Shown here: piece by piece, positions 24,380 through 38,262 of the stretch | Layout of the letters: every line of letters begins with the position of its first letter | Position numbering within the stretch: the first letter of the stretch is position 1 | Translations under genes and position numbers: made by a program | Notes under the pieces: model-generated | The model's database searches: none | What the model saw: the letters and a program-made list of their open reading frames with translations, nothing else | What the model was told of the DNA's origin: nothing | Source: Octopus bimaculoides | Taxonomy: Eukaryota | Direction of reading: 5' to 3' | NCBI RefSeq assembly: GCF_001194135.2 | Contig: NC_068981.1 | Coordinates: 177,911,942-177,975,941 of the forward strand | DNA length: 64,000 bases

Positions 24380-25639
24380 GTGAGATAAAGGCGAATCAAT
24401 TCCCCTGCATGGCTTTTGGTTTCTACTTGGAACAGCTTCTCTACATTTGCCTTGCTTACGAAATACATGAATGTCACAACACATTCCTTCCTCCACTTAT
24501 ACTAACAAATATTCTATTGAACAAGGATATAAATGTAATGAGCATGACAGGTATGTTGAATCCCAAATGACCTGATTTGGACTTGGGATAATTAGTTGAA
24601 TCTTAGTATATATGACACAATGTTTGAGGGGGTAAAATGTAGAACACCTGTAAATCAATAATTTCAATGTAATTTAATAATTACCTTGATTATAACTGAA
24701 GAAATACACACAGACATTCACATATCAATATTAATCTCAAAAGCATAACACTTTGTTGTTGCTATAGTTTCAATATCGTTTGCTTAGTCACAACTCTTTT
24801 AAAATGTTACACTTGGTCCTACCTGTATGCATATGCTCTACTACATAGCGTGGATAATCTGCAACTTCAGAAATAATAACTGTATTGTTATGCAGGCACA
24901 AAACTTGCAATTTTCAAGGAATTGGAAATAGACAGAAGTGTTAATTATCTCCAACTAGATGAAGTGAAATAGATGCAGATGGCAACTGAAATACAGTGCT
25001 GATAATACATTATCTCTCAACCTTCTCCTCTAAGGAAGCACTCCAATGCATACCTTAAAAAGAAATTTGATTGAAAAAATTTAGATCTATACAGAAATAA
25101 AACACCCTGGAGATTTTATACACATGCGCACACACACAGGCACGCGCACACGTGGTGGGGGCCCCACATATAAATGTGAATAACTGTGAGACAATGGGCA
25201 TGCCTCTGCAAGGTTGCTTGGCTGATTAGAAATAACAACAAGACCTCCCTTGAAATCATACCCTACTACCTTAAAGAAAGGATGGAATATTGGATAATAT
25301 ACCACTAGATACACTATGTCTGAATAAAATACTGGATGGTCATGGCTAGAATGCTGTACTTCGTCTGAAACAATCTGAAGCTAAACAACAGACAGCTACT
25401 TTTTATACATCAACTACTAAGAATTTACAGCAATGTAAAAAGATTATTCACTTAATTAGGGGGTGGTGCAGAGATTGCTATTATTCTAAGAGTTATCTTC
25501 CTTGACATAAAATAACTAGCACTATATACTATATCTGCTGAATAAAAAGAAGAAAAAAACATTAGTCTGTAGGTTAGAGATTTAATATAACTGCTGAAAG
25601 CATCCAGTGTTGTTTAAAATGTCTAATAGATAAGAAGAA

Positions 25640-25910
25640 GCTAAATCTAGTTTCCATGGATATGGTGTGAATAAAAGTATCGTTTTGCCATTATAGAAAG
25701 CATATGTGTATAAAAGCAAGTTGTATCATGTATGAAGGCTAGAGGTAATGAAATAACAATGATCTAATGGATGTGCAATAGATAGAGTTTAAAGATGAGC
25801 TAAAATGGTAGAATGAATGTGATGAGAAGAGCACTGAAAATTATATGGAAAGAATAAAGAATATAATGGTAAAGGTGACATCTGAGGAGATGGCTGGTTG
25901 AAAAATGAGT
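25640..25910 (+). mobile_element. decayed RTE-type LINE 3' remnant
   Basis: Weak similarity to the 52452-52830 fragment. Confidence 0.3.
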
Positions 25911-26091
25911 AACTTTTAAAGAGAAACCATTTAACAGAATTGTTAAGCACCCATTAAATAGACAAACCAATCCAAAAATGTAGATCTAATGGGGGAAAAT
26001 GGATAAGAATAAATAATTTGCTCTCTACACAATTTGCAGGGCGATAAGCTAACTTTAATTTTCATAAACATCATTTCCCCTTCTCTGTCAT

Positions 26092-26127
<36 letters not shown>

Positions 26128-26919
26128 CATACACATACACACACACACACACATATATATATATAATACACACACACGAACGCACACATGCATTTCAGAC
26201 ATTGCCTCTCTGAATGTAAAACTTAAGCCAAGAGCTTTTTACATCCCAAATTTCATCCAAAATTTAATATTAAATTGAAAGTCAGGTAGTGGCTATTATG
26301 ATATTAATGGAAATATTTACCCCTCAAAGACAGATATTATTTATGTGTGAGATTCACTTAGAGTGTTCAATAAATTTGTTTATAATAGAAACTCAAAACT
26401 CAGTTTTGTAATGAATTAACATATAATGTAAACAATAAGACACATGCAAATGTATGTGTGTGTGTAAAATGAACTGGTGAGGGTTGTTGGAGCAGTGGGC
26501 TGAATGTCTCTTGATCTGCACTCAGTTCAAATCCAGTCAACTTTGCCTTTCATCCTCGTGAGGTCAATAAAAAAGTATCAAGTAAGGCCAGTAGATTGGC
26601 AAAACTATTAGGAGGTCAGGCAATATGCCTGTTCCGGCCATTTGTGTTCTAATAGCAACCCTACAATGGCAGTGTTACTAAGGGATATCAGCTCTCAAGA
26701 CAGTTGTCTTTGTCTTGGTTAAACATCCAAGTCGTGGAGTAGGGGAGGCTTGTATATATGGAAAACTGCAGGTCTTCCTCCCAAAAAATCGTGCCCTGAC
26801 CTGTGCATACATGGCCAGTCAAGATTGGTCATGCATCTGCATGTGTGTGTGCACACACATATGGTTGGGAAGCAAGCTTCTTAATCACACGGCCATACCA
26901 ACCTGTATGTATATATACA

Positions 26920-27330
26920 CATAACATAGCTGTGTAGTTAAGAAGCTTATTTCCTAACCACTTGGTTCCAGGTTCAGTCCACTGTGTGGCACCTTGGGCA
27001 AGTGTCTTCTTCTATAGCCTAGGGCCAATAGAAGTCGTATGAGATGATTTGGTAGACAGAAGCTCAAAGAAGCCCTTGTGTTTGTGTGTGTGAGAGAGAG
27101 AGAGAGAGAGAGTTGGTGTCTCCCTGTCTTGATATCGCATGATTGATTATGTGAGTGTCACTATCATAGGAATAGTGTCCTCCGTTTTCACACTTCTATG
27201 AGAACATGTGCAGTCATGAGTTGGCAGTAGGAAGGGCATGCAGTCATAGAAAATCTGCCTGGACAAATTCCATCCAACTTATGGAAGTATGGAAAAGTGG
27301 ATGTCAAAACGGTGATGATGATGATGATGA
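26920..27330 (+). mobile_element. SINE with a family-A head and an RTE-type (family D) tail
   Basis: A-type head and microsatellite, then GTTGGCAGTAGGAAGGGCAT...ATGGAAAAGTGGATGTCAAAACG(GAT)n instead of the usual A tail. Confidence 0.55.
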
Positions 27331-27637
27331 TGTGTGCATGGGTGTGTGCACATGCAACAGCCATCACTTACATGTACCATGCTTTTGCTAATTGTTTTAG
27401 GTGACAATGTAGTCACAAGCAGATATAAACACCCTCCTCACCCCCACCACATGTGACCAAGTCAAACATCAAAAAAGTGGCAGCTGAAGGGAGACTGGGA
27501 TGCAACAAGCAGTCTTCTGATACTTGTTTTACAGCTGAGTGGACTGAAGCAACATGAAACAAAGTGTTAGTCCAGGGATCAAACCCACAACCTTGTTTGT
27601 GATCATGATCCCAACACTCTAGATATTAAGTCATGCA

Positions 27638-27639
<2 letters not shown>

Positions 27640-27720
<81 letters not shown>
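27640..27720. repeat. (CT)n microsatellite
   Basis: About 80 bp, nearly pure CT. Confidence 0.95.
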
Positions 27721-28298
27721 ACACACACACACTCTTTTATTAGTTTCAGTCACTGGGCTGTGATGATGCTAGGGTAAAACTCATCAGAGGTTTTAGCCAA
27801 TCATGTTGATTCCAGTACTTTTTATATAAAGCGGCTAAGATAAATTTTTTTTAAAACTTAACCCTCCCCCCTTTGTTTTTATATTATTATACTGCCAGTG
27901 AGTGTCAAATACATGAGCACACACTGTTGCTAACACTGCCATTCACCAGCATCAATGATATTGTCTGCTATTTCCATGCAAGCAGAGGGTTCAATAAGAT
28001 TTACTAAGGCAATATTCTATGGTTGGATACCCTACCTGTTGCCAACTCTTACCTGTCTTTATTTTAATTTTTTTTTTAGTAAAGTGTTTATATTCCACTG
28101 GTCATTAATACACTAAAATTAAAGAAATCACGAAGCAATAGGTCATATTGTTTATGGGAGACACAAATATAACAACAACACTATCACCTAAGTAGTGTCC
28201 AAGTGAAGACACTCAGAAATAAAATCTCATGCACATAAATACATGTGTGCACACATGCACAAACATATAGATATTTACATACACACACACATGTACAT

Positions 28299-28341
<43 letters not shown>

Positions 28342-28343
<2 letters not shown>

Positions 28344-28557
28344 CGGCGAGCTGGCAGAAACGTTAGCACGCCGGGCGAAATGCTTAACGGTATTTCGTCT
28401 GCCGCTACGTTCTGAGTTCAAATTCCGCCGAGGTCGACTTTACCTTTCATCCTTTCAGGGTCGATTAAATAAGTACCAGTTACGCACTGGGGTCGGTATT
28501 ATCGACTTAATCCGTTTGTCTCCTCTGTGTGTAGCCCTTTGTGGGTAGTAAAGAAAT
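28342..28557 (+). mobile_element. SINE family B, young-looking full-length copy
   Basis: GGCGGCGAGCTGGCAGAAACGTTAGC...GAGTTCAAATTCCGCCGAGGTCGAC...AATAAGTACCAG...AAAGAAATAA; CpGs intact. Confidence 0.85.
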
Positions 28558-29584
28558 AACACAGTGCATGTATGTATGCATTTATTTTTTTTATTCATGT
28601 ATGTGTGCACACACATGCATACATACATATATATATATATATATATAGATATGCATACCAGCCATCACTCACATGTAGCATGTGTTTACTAATTGTTTTA
28701 GGTGCCCATTTTGCTCTCTTCAACCTTGCACTTGAGACCCACCAATCATCTGGTACTTGTTTTTCAGTGTGTGTGTGTGTGTTTATCTAGCTATCTAATA
28801 TGCATTAGACAGAAAGACAGATGTGTGTATATATGTGCATGCATGTGCAGGAGAGAAAGAGAGACCATGTAAATATATCTGCATGTGTGGGGGGGTAATG
28901 CACACACACATGCAAGTAAACACACCATACACATGAAGACAGATAGCTAGATATGTATAGATGTACATGTCTATTTACCCTCTTCCCTTCAGTCTCTGTC
29001 TCCCACTATTTATACACACGTGCAAATATGTATATACACACTCACACACATACATGTGTGTCTATGTATATATATATAAATACACACACACGCGCACGCA
29101 CACATACACATATATCTAGATGTTCGTGCGCGTATAGCATGTGTACACATACACACACACACAATGTACACACACACAATGTACACACACACACACAAAT
29201 TTGAGTTTGTGTGTCCACCTTTTATTCAGAAACTACCATATATATTAATATTTGCCATCTCACAGGGGAGTTTTATATGATATTTATTTGTATATATAAA
29301 GCAGTAAAGTAACGTGTTTGATTCTCAATTTTTAAATTTTTGCATTTCTATCAGAAAATCCCAAAATGTTCTATTCCACTTATCTCCCTTCTTCTACTCT
29401 CTTTCACTTCAATGAATTCATTGTTTATTTTTCATTACTGATCAAAAAATATTTTTTACTTAAATGCAAACCAGGTCTTAAAAGAAAATTTTTGGTAGCT
29501 GTTGATTTGTTGAGTGTTAAATAAGATTTCAGAAATGTATGTTCAAGGTTATACAGCTTTTACCGTATCAATTTTTATCTTTCA

Positions 29585-29960
29585 TTTGTTTGAGTTATTG
29601 GGCAGTGGCCATACTGGAGCATCACGTTAATGAGTTTTAGTCAAACAAATCAACCCCAGCACTTTTCTTTTTTAATCCTAGTACTTATTCTATTAGTCTC
29701 TTTTGCTGAACTGCAAAGTTACGGGGATATAAATGAACCAACACCAGTTGTCAAGTGGTAGTGGGGGAACAAATGCACACACACACACACACGCTCGCAC
29801 GCGTGATAGGTTTCTTTCAGTTTCTGTCAACCAAATCCGCTCACAAGTCTTTGACTGGCCTGAGGCTCTAGTAGAAGACACTTGCGTAAGGTGCCATGCA
29901 GAGGGACTAATCCTGGAACCATGTTGCTGGGGAGCAAACTTCTTAACAAAGAATCATGAT
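29585..29960 (-). mobile_element. SINE family A, CpG-decayed
   Basis: Colinear with other A copies. Confidence 0.75.
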
Positions 29961-30179
29961 TGTGCCTACAGAAATATACTGATGAAGGATTAATATAATA
30001 TTGGACTCAAATTACCTAGCTGGGCATATTTATAAAGATTTAGCCATCAGTATAATACATCTATTGCTACCTCTGAGAAAGTATCTTCTACTCTAGCCCG
30101 TGTGTGTGTACGTGTGCATGTGCGCACATGTGTGGGAGCAAGTAAGAGCGTGTGTGCAAGCAAATGCATCTGTGCTATG

Positions 30180-30362
30180 CTTGTCTCTCACTACTACTTG
30201 GCAAACATTGTGAATTTGTTTATGTCCCTGTAACTTAGCAGTTTAGCAAAAGGGACTGATAGAATAAGTTATAAACTTAAAAAGATAAGTATTGGGGTTG
30301 ATTTGTTTGACTAAGCCCTTAAACGTGGTGCCCCTAGCATGACCGCAGCCCAAGTAAAAGAT
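30180..30362 (+). mobile_element. SINE family A, 3' half
   Basis: GTAACTTAGCAGTTTAGCAAAAG...GATAGAATAAG...AGTAAAAGATA. Confidence 0.65.
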
Positions 30363-30414
30363 AACATACTGAATCACATAAACAGTTCATCGTAGTAATA
30401 TTATTGGATGAACT

Positions 30415-30632
30415 GAAGGTGGCAAGCTGCCAGAATCATTGGCATGCCAGGCAAAATGCTTAGCAGCATTTCGTCCATCTTCATGTACAGGGTTCAAATT
30501 CCACCAAGGTCAATTTTGCCTTTCATCCTTCTGGGTTCATAAAATAAGTACCAGTTGAGAACTGAGGTTGATGCAATCAACTTAACTCCTCTCCCTTAAT
30601 TGCTGGTCCAGTGGCAAAATTCGAAACCAATA
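30415..30632 (+). mobile_element. SINE family B
   Basis: GGTGGCAAGCTGCCAGAATC...GGTTCAAATTCC...AAAATAAGTACCAG...AAAATTCGAAACCA. Confidence 0.75.
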
Positions 30633-32678
30633 CTATCAGGCGACTTCTAAAATATTTTGCAGTGGACTTCATCTTAGATATGCATCCATATGTGTGTGTG
30701 TGTACAAATAAATACACACAAACAAAAGTTTGATATTCAATATTCACTAAATTCAATAAACAATAAGGACATGAACTATTTATTAAATCATTGTTTGGAA
30801 AATGTTAAACGTACAGTTAATGGCTGTGAAATGCATGAATAAAATCTGAGCTAGAGCATTAAACAAACAAGATCAGTGATCTTGTACTCTATAGTGATAA
30901 GTGATCTTGTACTCTATAGGATAAGTTCTGATTAGATTTTGGAAATTAAAAAATACTGTTCATAATTTTCTAGAAAAGAAAAAGGAATTACTTGTAGAAA
31001 GAACCTTTTATGAGGCATCAATAAACTATTTGATTTAGCATTTTTTTGCTAGTGTAACCCCGTAGTTTGAATGATCTAAATATGAAAGTGTAGAGCAAGA
31101 AAAGGAAGGTTTCCTAGTTTAGTAAATGGCATCAGTAAATTCAAGATGAAATTAAAACTCTTCCTCTTTCAACTAGAAAATTAGGATTAGAACAAGTTTC
31201 TGCACTTTAAAAAGTAAAGTGAAAATATCAAGGATGATGGCAATTTTACAAATTATGTTGTAAAAATTATGTGATTTAGCTATATATATAAGACTGCATT
31301 TATAAGCCCATTTTAACTTAATGAACAAATCATGGAAAAACCTAGCAATATGCAGATGGAACATATTGACTTTTCTCCAAAGCATAAAAGCTTGGCAAGA
31401 TCAAAACAGACTCATTAAGTAATGTTTAGATTGTTTGTTTGTTTTGTTTTTTAATATTAAATCATTATATCATGTAAAAATACTAACTATAATTTATACA
31501 AGAATCGAATGTGAGCAAAAATCTTGTATGACACATTTGAACTCATGCATGAAAAGTTTGGTGCATGGTAGCCGATCTTGCTCTACATGATCTTTGACTT
31601 ATTAGAAGTAGCAGTCAAATCACTCTCAAATCTCAACCTACTGTCTTGGAAAAAGGACACATTGAACAATATATTCCTAGATATACAAAATGATGTGATG
31701 ATCACAGCTGGAATGCATTTGGACATCTGTCTGCTTGACCAGAGTAGAAATAGGAGTAAACAACAATATGGAATGCTATCTTAAATCCTGTAATGATTTT
31801 AGAATTGTATTTACTAATTCAGAGAATACCTTGTATTTCTAGGAAATTTATACAGTTTAGCTGGTATAGTTGATACTTTCAGACACTATAAAATTATCTC
31901 ATTTACATGCAAAGGGAACTCTGTCTATTTTGAACATTATATTATGTGAGCAGATCTATTTAACACTTTTGCTGCCATACTTTTGTTGAAAATCACTGCC
32001 TTTGTACCAATTAATTTTGAAAATAGTGAAGAATTTAGTAAATTAATATCGTCTTAAGCTGATGCTTGGAGTATAATTTAACATAAAATTTTGATGGAAG
32101 ACTTGAATTTAGATCACTTTAAAACAGGCACTTTATATCATAGAACCAAGGTTAATCTATCTATGTCTTGAAAATACATGCTCAAAAGATGATGAAGTGT
32201 CTCTAGAGTGTGAGAGGTGACACAGTTTATATATGAATGGCCTAACATTTAAACATGTATACATTTTTTTTCTTGTTTTGTGAATGGCTAAGTGATGCTT
32301 GTTGTCTAGACCTATAGTATTTCACTACCTAGGAATAAATGCATTTATAATGGAGTTGTTCATTTTTATGAATAGCAGGAACAATTAGAATAAATGGCAT
32401 TCATTGTAAGCATTTTTACAAGCCTCTAATTGTAGTATCATTGTTACTTGTCATTAGAGGTATTTTAATAGGAAGCTTAGCAACAATTAACAACTGTCAT
32501 TAGCAACAAATACCTCAAGCAGTTTAACAAGGATTTACCAAGAAGCAATGCTGTTAACTGTCTTCAGTGACAGATGTTGCCAACATTTTAATAGCAATCA
32601 TTTAGTGGGAAAAGAAAAAAAAAAGGAAGAAAAAAAAACTGCTAGCTGCCATCAGCTAGAGATTTTTTTTGTTTACAG

Positions 32679-32743
32679 TTTATGGATTAACATCACCAAT
32701 ACATTTGATAATAATTAATAACAACATTTGAATTAGAACCAAG
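32679..32743 (+). other. candidate 65-nt non-coding exon
   Basis: Acceptor TTTTTTTTGTTTACAG| and donor AAG|GTGAGA; all three frames contain stops. Confidence 0.35.
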
Positions 32744-34267
32744 GTGAGAATACAGCAGTGTGGATTGACGTAATATTTAGGAAAGCTTTACATTCTGCCA
32801 ACTTTGTAATGAAGTTTGTGTATTCTGCCATAACATAAAGTATAGTGAGAGTATTTAAAATTAAATTTCTTCCATAAAGTTTCTGGTGTTAGTTTAAAAT
32901 TTCTTTTAGATTTTGTTTGTTTCCATAATAAACAATTAGTTTGAAATTGTAGGTTTCAATTTGATTCAGCCCATAATTAAGAGTCATTAATCCCTTCAAC
33001 AAGATAAAACAGTTGAACCAATATAGAAGCATCCATGACCTGCTAGAATTGGCAGCCAAATCTCTTTCAAAGTTCATAATTGATCTCTAGGTTGTGCCTA
33101 GCCAGTCAGCTGATTACTACTATGATCAGAGCTAACTCGAAGTTTCTCAGTCACAACAAATTGTTTTACTTTCAATGTAATAAAACATGTCCAACATTAT
33201 TACTTCTGCCTTAATGAACATACAATAAATTGTGTTATGTCACACAATAAATTGTTTCAAAAGTAGTTTAGTTTAACAGTTCATCATTTATATAAGTTAC
33301 AATGATTGCAGCTGCTACCATTGATACCACTGTTGTACATACAACAGCTAGAAAGCTGTTGGAAAACAAAGTGTTATTTCAGGCTGATCAAACTACCTGT
33401 TGCACCTATTTTCTCACTCTTCTAGTTCATGTACTAAACAATATGTCCAGTTGTTTTCTTCATAAAATTGCACCAGTCTACAACCACTTACAGGCTTAGC
33501 TATTTTGTTTTTTTTTAAACAAACTACTAACTCTTCATTTTGGAATGAAAAAGAGAACGAGAGAGAGAGAGAGGTGGGGGGGTTGCCATGAAATTGTTGA
33601 GACAAACTATATTTGGTAAATGAAGAAATAGAGTGGAAAGACCAGGTTGCTAGTCAGTAGTTTGCTTACCAAACCAACTAGGCTATGAATGTTGAATAGA
33701 CAGTTTTTGACATTTGATGACTAAAGTAAATGTCATTACAAACAGTTTAGTTAGAATTAAGACAAGAAAATAAAATAAAAAGATAAGAAATTTTTATTTT
33801 TCAACTATGATCAACTGATAAAACTGCAGGACCAAATGTTGCTGAAGTAAATATATGTTTCTAGCAAATGGTACAAGACCACAAAATTGGAAAGAAGGTA
33901 CAGTCAATTAAATTGGCCTGACTTGTACTTTATTTTATCAAATGGGTTCCTAATGTAACTCTAACTTTATATTTGGCAAAGTGATTCTATTTCTAAAGGA
34001 GTGTATTTCTTTTTCATTGGTTTAAAATGGTATCTAAAGAAACGCTATAGTGATGGGAAAAAGTACTGCAAAATATCTTATGGCCATCTCGTAGTAATAA
34101 AAGTTGCAAAGTACAAATAAGATTTAGTTGCCAAATGATATTGGAAAAGTGGTAACCAAGCTTAGTGTTTAAGGGAAAAAAACTGTATGAACTCAGTATT
34201 ACATATATAGAGCAACAAATGTATTGTGTTACCATTTATTCCAATAAACCATCACTTCACCAACAAC

Positions 34268-34492
34268 TAACTATAGCATTCATATTACTCTGTCAAATGT
34301 AATGCTTATTTATTCACATTGTCATGAACTAATTTTGCATTATCTTGTATCTTTGAGGTTTCAATGATGTGATTGTTTATTTTTAGAATGACATTGTAGG
34401 GTAGGTATGAAAGGCTAGATCTGTCCAGTATTAACATAAAACCAGTAGAATATTCGGGCTGGATATAGCCAGCTTAAAAGCTAAAGGGTTAA
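34268..34492. mobile_element. piggyBac-like MITE family E
   Basis: Ends GCTAAAGGG-TTAA; interior is the reverse complement of the 44681 copy. Confidence 0.65.
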
Positions 34493-36194
34493 ATATTAAG
34501 GATTACAAGACTATTATAATTATGCAGTGAAGATAGTAATGCCATTGTAGTAAAAGTTCATAGAGGTTGGCAAAGGTTTAAAGAATTGAAGCTTTGATGA
34601 TAATTAGTTACCCCTTCCCTCTCTCTCCATCCATTCGAAAAGCAGTGTTACAAATATGTGGAGCAGGGCTGTAAGAAGCAAGGTATAGAAGATATTTATT
34701 GCCTGAGTATATGTAAGTCATATGTTATTTATTAGATATGTCATAATTTAGATTTGATTTAATTAATTGCAAAGGTAACAATGGTTTGCAAGGAATTAAA
34801 TCCACTAGATACACTTTAGACTCTACACAAAACACTTTGATCATTCTTCCAGCCTTAGAACTACATACATCACTCCAGGATTTCCATTGATGTCTATATG
34901 TCCCCTCCATCAAGCAAGCAGCAATAATTCATATTAAACATTAACCACACTAACTTCACCTAAATAAGATGGTTGCTCAGTGTAAGAGAGGCTAAAATGG
35001 TAATGGGAACTGTCATTCTGCTTCAGATTAACAAACAGCAAAAAGAAAGATTATTGACATAAATGCCTTACAAAATGAAATTAAAAGACAATTAGTGACT
35101 AAAGATATGTGCAAGGAGTGGGATCAAGAAGGTGGAGGCGAGGGTAATAATTTAAGAGAATCATAACTTCAATATAACACTAGCTACCATTCTTATAGTT
35201 AAATGATTGCTATAAATAACCTTGATTATACTTTCTGAAGTGACTCTTACAGAAGTGAAATTGCATCTAAGCCATAAAAGAGAGCAGAAAGGAAGTTAAT
35301 CAAAGATGAGAAGACTGTCCTTGGTCTTCATACACACAGACATTACTCATCGTACAATATCACAGGCAAATTCAACTGTTTCAATAAAATGCTTTGAATG
35401 CTTTTTCCTTTTCAAACCATCTCATGAATCACTTCTGAGTCGTTAGTGTTAATAAATATGAAAATAAAAGATATTCAACTAATAAAATGATTTGCTACAA
35501 ATTAACAAATAAATAAATAAATAAAACATTCAGGGGGAAAAAAAATTTAATTAAAAATAATAATAAAAAAAAATAGCAATTTAACTATATTTTAAAGAAC
35601 TAGTAATTAGATTAGAATGTTGAAAATTGAGTCAGTAACTGGGATTTGAAGCTCATTGGCTAACAAATAGACAACTTGCAATTAAAATAATAAATTAGAC
35701 AAAAAAGATTATATTTTAGAGATACTAAATGAGTTGCCTGTTGAAATTAGTTTTCTTTGGAGAATTCACACTTTGTACTCAATTTCCTAACTTTTGCTAA
35801 ACATTATTACTAACTTCTAAAGCATGATATAAGATTATTATATCAAACCAATTTGATATAAAGCTTAATAATAAAAGCATATAATAACGCTGACTAATAT
35901 GTAAATTAGTTAACAATCAATAGGATTGCCCAAGTAATCTCAGATGTCTTTTAAATATTACATCTCAAGACAAAAAAAAAAATAAAATAAAACAAAACAA
36001 AACAAAACACAGTGATGATTATTAAAAGAAAACCATTTGACAATTGTATTTTAAATAATCCTGCTTTTGAAATATTAATAAAATAACAAATTCATTCAAC
36101 CAACTTGTAAAAACACTCGCACACACAAATATAAAAAATCTGGACACCACAAGCCACATCACAGAATATCCTTGAGAGTAGTTGTTCTATTCAT

Positions 36195-36490
36195 CATCAT
36201 CATCGTCGTCGTTTAACGTCCGCTTTCCATGCTAGCATGGGTTGGACGATTTGACTGAGGACTGGTGAAACCAGATGGCTACACCAGGCTCCAATCTGAT
36301 TTGGCAGAGTTTCTACAGCTGGATGCCCTTCCTAACGCCAACCACTCGGAGAGTGTAGTGGGTGCTTTTACGTGTCACCCGCACGAAGGCCAGTCAGGCG
36401 GTACTGGCAACGGCCATGCTCAAATGGTGTTTTTTTACATGCCACCTGCACAGGAGCCAGTCCAGGGGCACTGGCAACAATCTCGCTCAA
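36195..36490 (-). mobile_element. RTE 3'-UTR-type repeat (family D) with (TCA)n tail
   Basis: (TCA)n-TTTAACGTCCGCTTTCCATGCTAGCATGGGTTGG...GGATGCCCTTCCTAACGCC...GGGTGCTTTTACGTG; reverse complement of 51100-51495. Confidence 0.8.
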
Positions 36491-36779
36491 TAAAAGGCAG
36501 AGAGAATTCTTTAATTGTTCTCTCATGGGACAACCTCTCCAGTGCTGTGTGTGTGGGGGTGGGGGAATGATAAAATGTATCTAAGGCATATATAATACCA
36601 AAGTTGGCCGCTTCTTTCTGTCGTCATGATGACCTATCCCAAAAGCCAACGAAAGAGCTTTGATATTGTCACTTGATCTGCTAGGAATAGCAGCCAAATC
36701 ACACCCACTACATTAGAATATAAAGGAAACATTGAATAATGTAGATCTGGATGGCCTTAAAAAGAGAGAGAGAGAGGGA

Positions 36780-36811
<32 letters not shown>

Positions 36812-36959
36812 NNNNNNNNNNNNNNNNNNNNNNNNNNNNNNNNNNNNNNNNNNNNNNNNNNNNNNNNNNNNNNNNNNNNNNNNNNNNNNNNNNNNNNNNN
36901 NNNNNNNNNNNNNNNNNNNNNNNNNNNNNNNNNNNNNNNNNNNNNNNNNNNNNNNNNNN
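36812..36959. other. assembly gap (148 N) after (GA)n
   Basis: N run. Confidence 0.99.
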
Positions 36960-37029
36960 TTTGAAGACTTAGCTTTGACATATAGCATCATGCTGAGACT
37001 AACAGAATATTACTTTATGACTGAAAAGT

Positions 37030-37229
37030 ATGTATCTTTTCTCTTTTACTTGTTTCAGTCATTAGACCGTGGCCATGCTGGGGACCCACCTTGAAGGGGT
37101 TTAGTCAAACAAATCGAGCCTAAGACTTATTCTATCAGTTTCTTTGGCCGAACCACTAAGTTATGGGAACGTAAACACACTAACACTGTTGTCAAGTGGA
37201 GGAGGGGGGGGGACAGAGAGACACCCACA

Positions 37230-37275
<46 letters not shown>

Positions 37276-37458
37276 TACACATACACACACTCACACAATA
37301 GGCTTCTTTCAGTTTCCATCTACCAAATCCAGTCACAAGGCTTTGATTAGCCCAAGATTATAATAGAAGACACTTGCTCAAGATGTCACACAGTGGGAAT
37401 GAACCCAGAATCATGTGGTCGAGAAGCAAGCTTCTTACCGCATAGCCACGCCTGCGCC
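37030..37458 (-). mobile_element. SINE family A
   Basis: Tail, internal (TA)n and head all present. Confidence 0.8.
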
Positions 37459-37763
37459 TTGTATAATATATATATCTGCATATATATCATCACCATCATC
37501 ATCATCATCATTTAATGTCCGTTTTCCATGCTGGTATGGGTTGGATGGTTTGACAGGGGCTGGCCAGGCTGGAAGCTGTACTAGGCTCTGTTGTCTGTTT
37601 TAGCACATGTGTATGTGTGTATATATACACATATATACACATACAAATATATGTGTGTGTGTGTAATGTGTAGTTTTTTTTTTTTTTTTTTTTTTTAACT
37701 CCCATATGCACTTCCTGTTCACCATCCCTTCCTCATTTCTTACATGTAGGGATGGGGCACACC

Positions 37764-37794
<31 letters not shown>

Positions 37795-37861
37795 TGAATG
37801 CACACATCTGTATATCCACACAGAACGAGTGTCTGTCTATGTTTATATACATACACACTTA

Positions 37862-38262
37862 CTCTTTTACTCTTTTACTTGTTTCAGTCATTTGACTGCG
37901 GCCATGCTGGAGCACCGCCTTTAGTCGAGGAAATCAACCCCAGGACTTATTCTTTGTAAGCCTAGTACTTATTCTATCGGTCTCTTTTTGCCGAACCGCT
38001 AAGTTACGGGGACGTAAACACACCAGCATCAGTTGTCAAGTGATGGTGGGGGGACAAATACAGACACACAAACACACATACATATATATATACATATATA
38101 CGACGGGCTTCTATCAGTTTCTGTCTACCAAATCCACTCACAAGGCTTTGGTCGGCCCGAGGCTATAGTAGAAGACACTTGCCCAAAGTGCCACGCAGAG
38201 GGACTGAACCCGGAACCATGTGGTTGGTAAGCAAGCTACTTACCACACAGCCACTCCTGCGC
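37862..38262 (-). mobile_element. SINE family A, near-intact reference copy
   Basis: Minus-strand head GGCGCAGGAGTGGCTGTGTGGTAAG...GGTTCCGGGTTCAGTCCC, internal microsatellite, tail TGACTGAAACAAGTAAAAGAG. Confidence 0.9.

Noticed and set aside
36713-37094. ORFs spanning N gaps (also 45788-46729 and 60366-61070)
   Set aside because: Artefacts of translating N; only the RepHel remnant beside the third gap is real.
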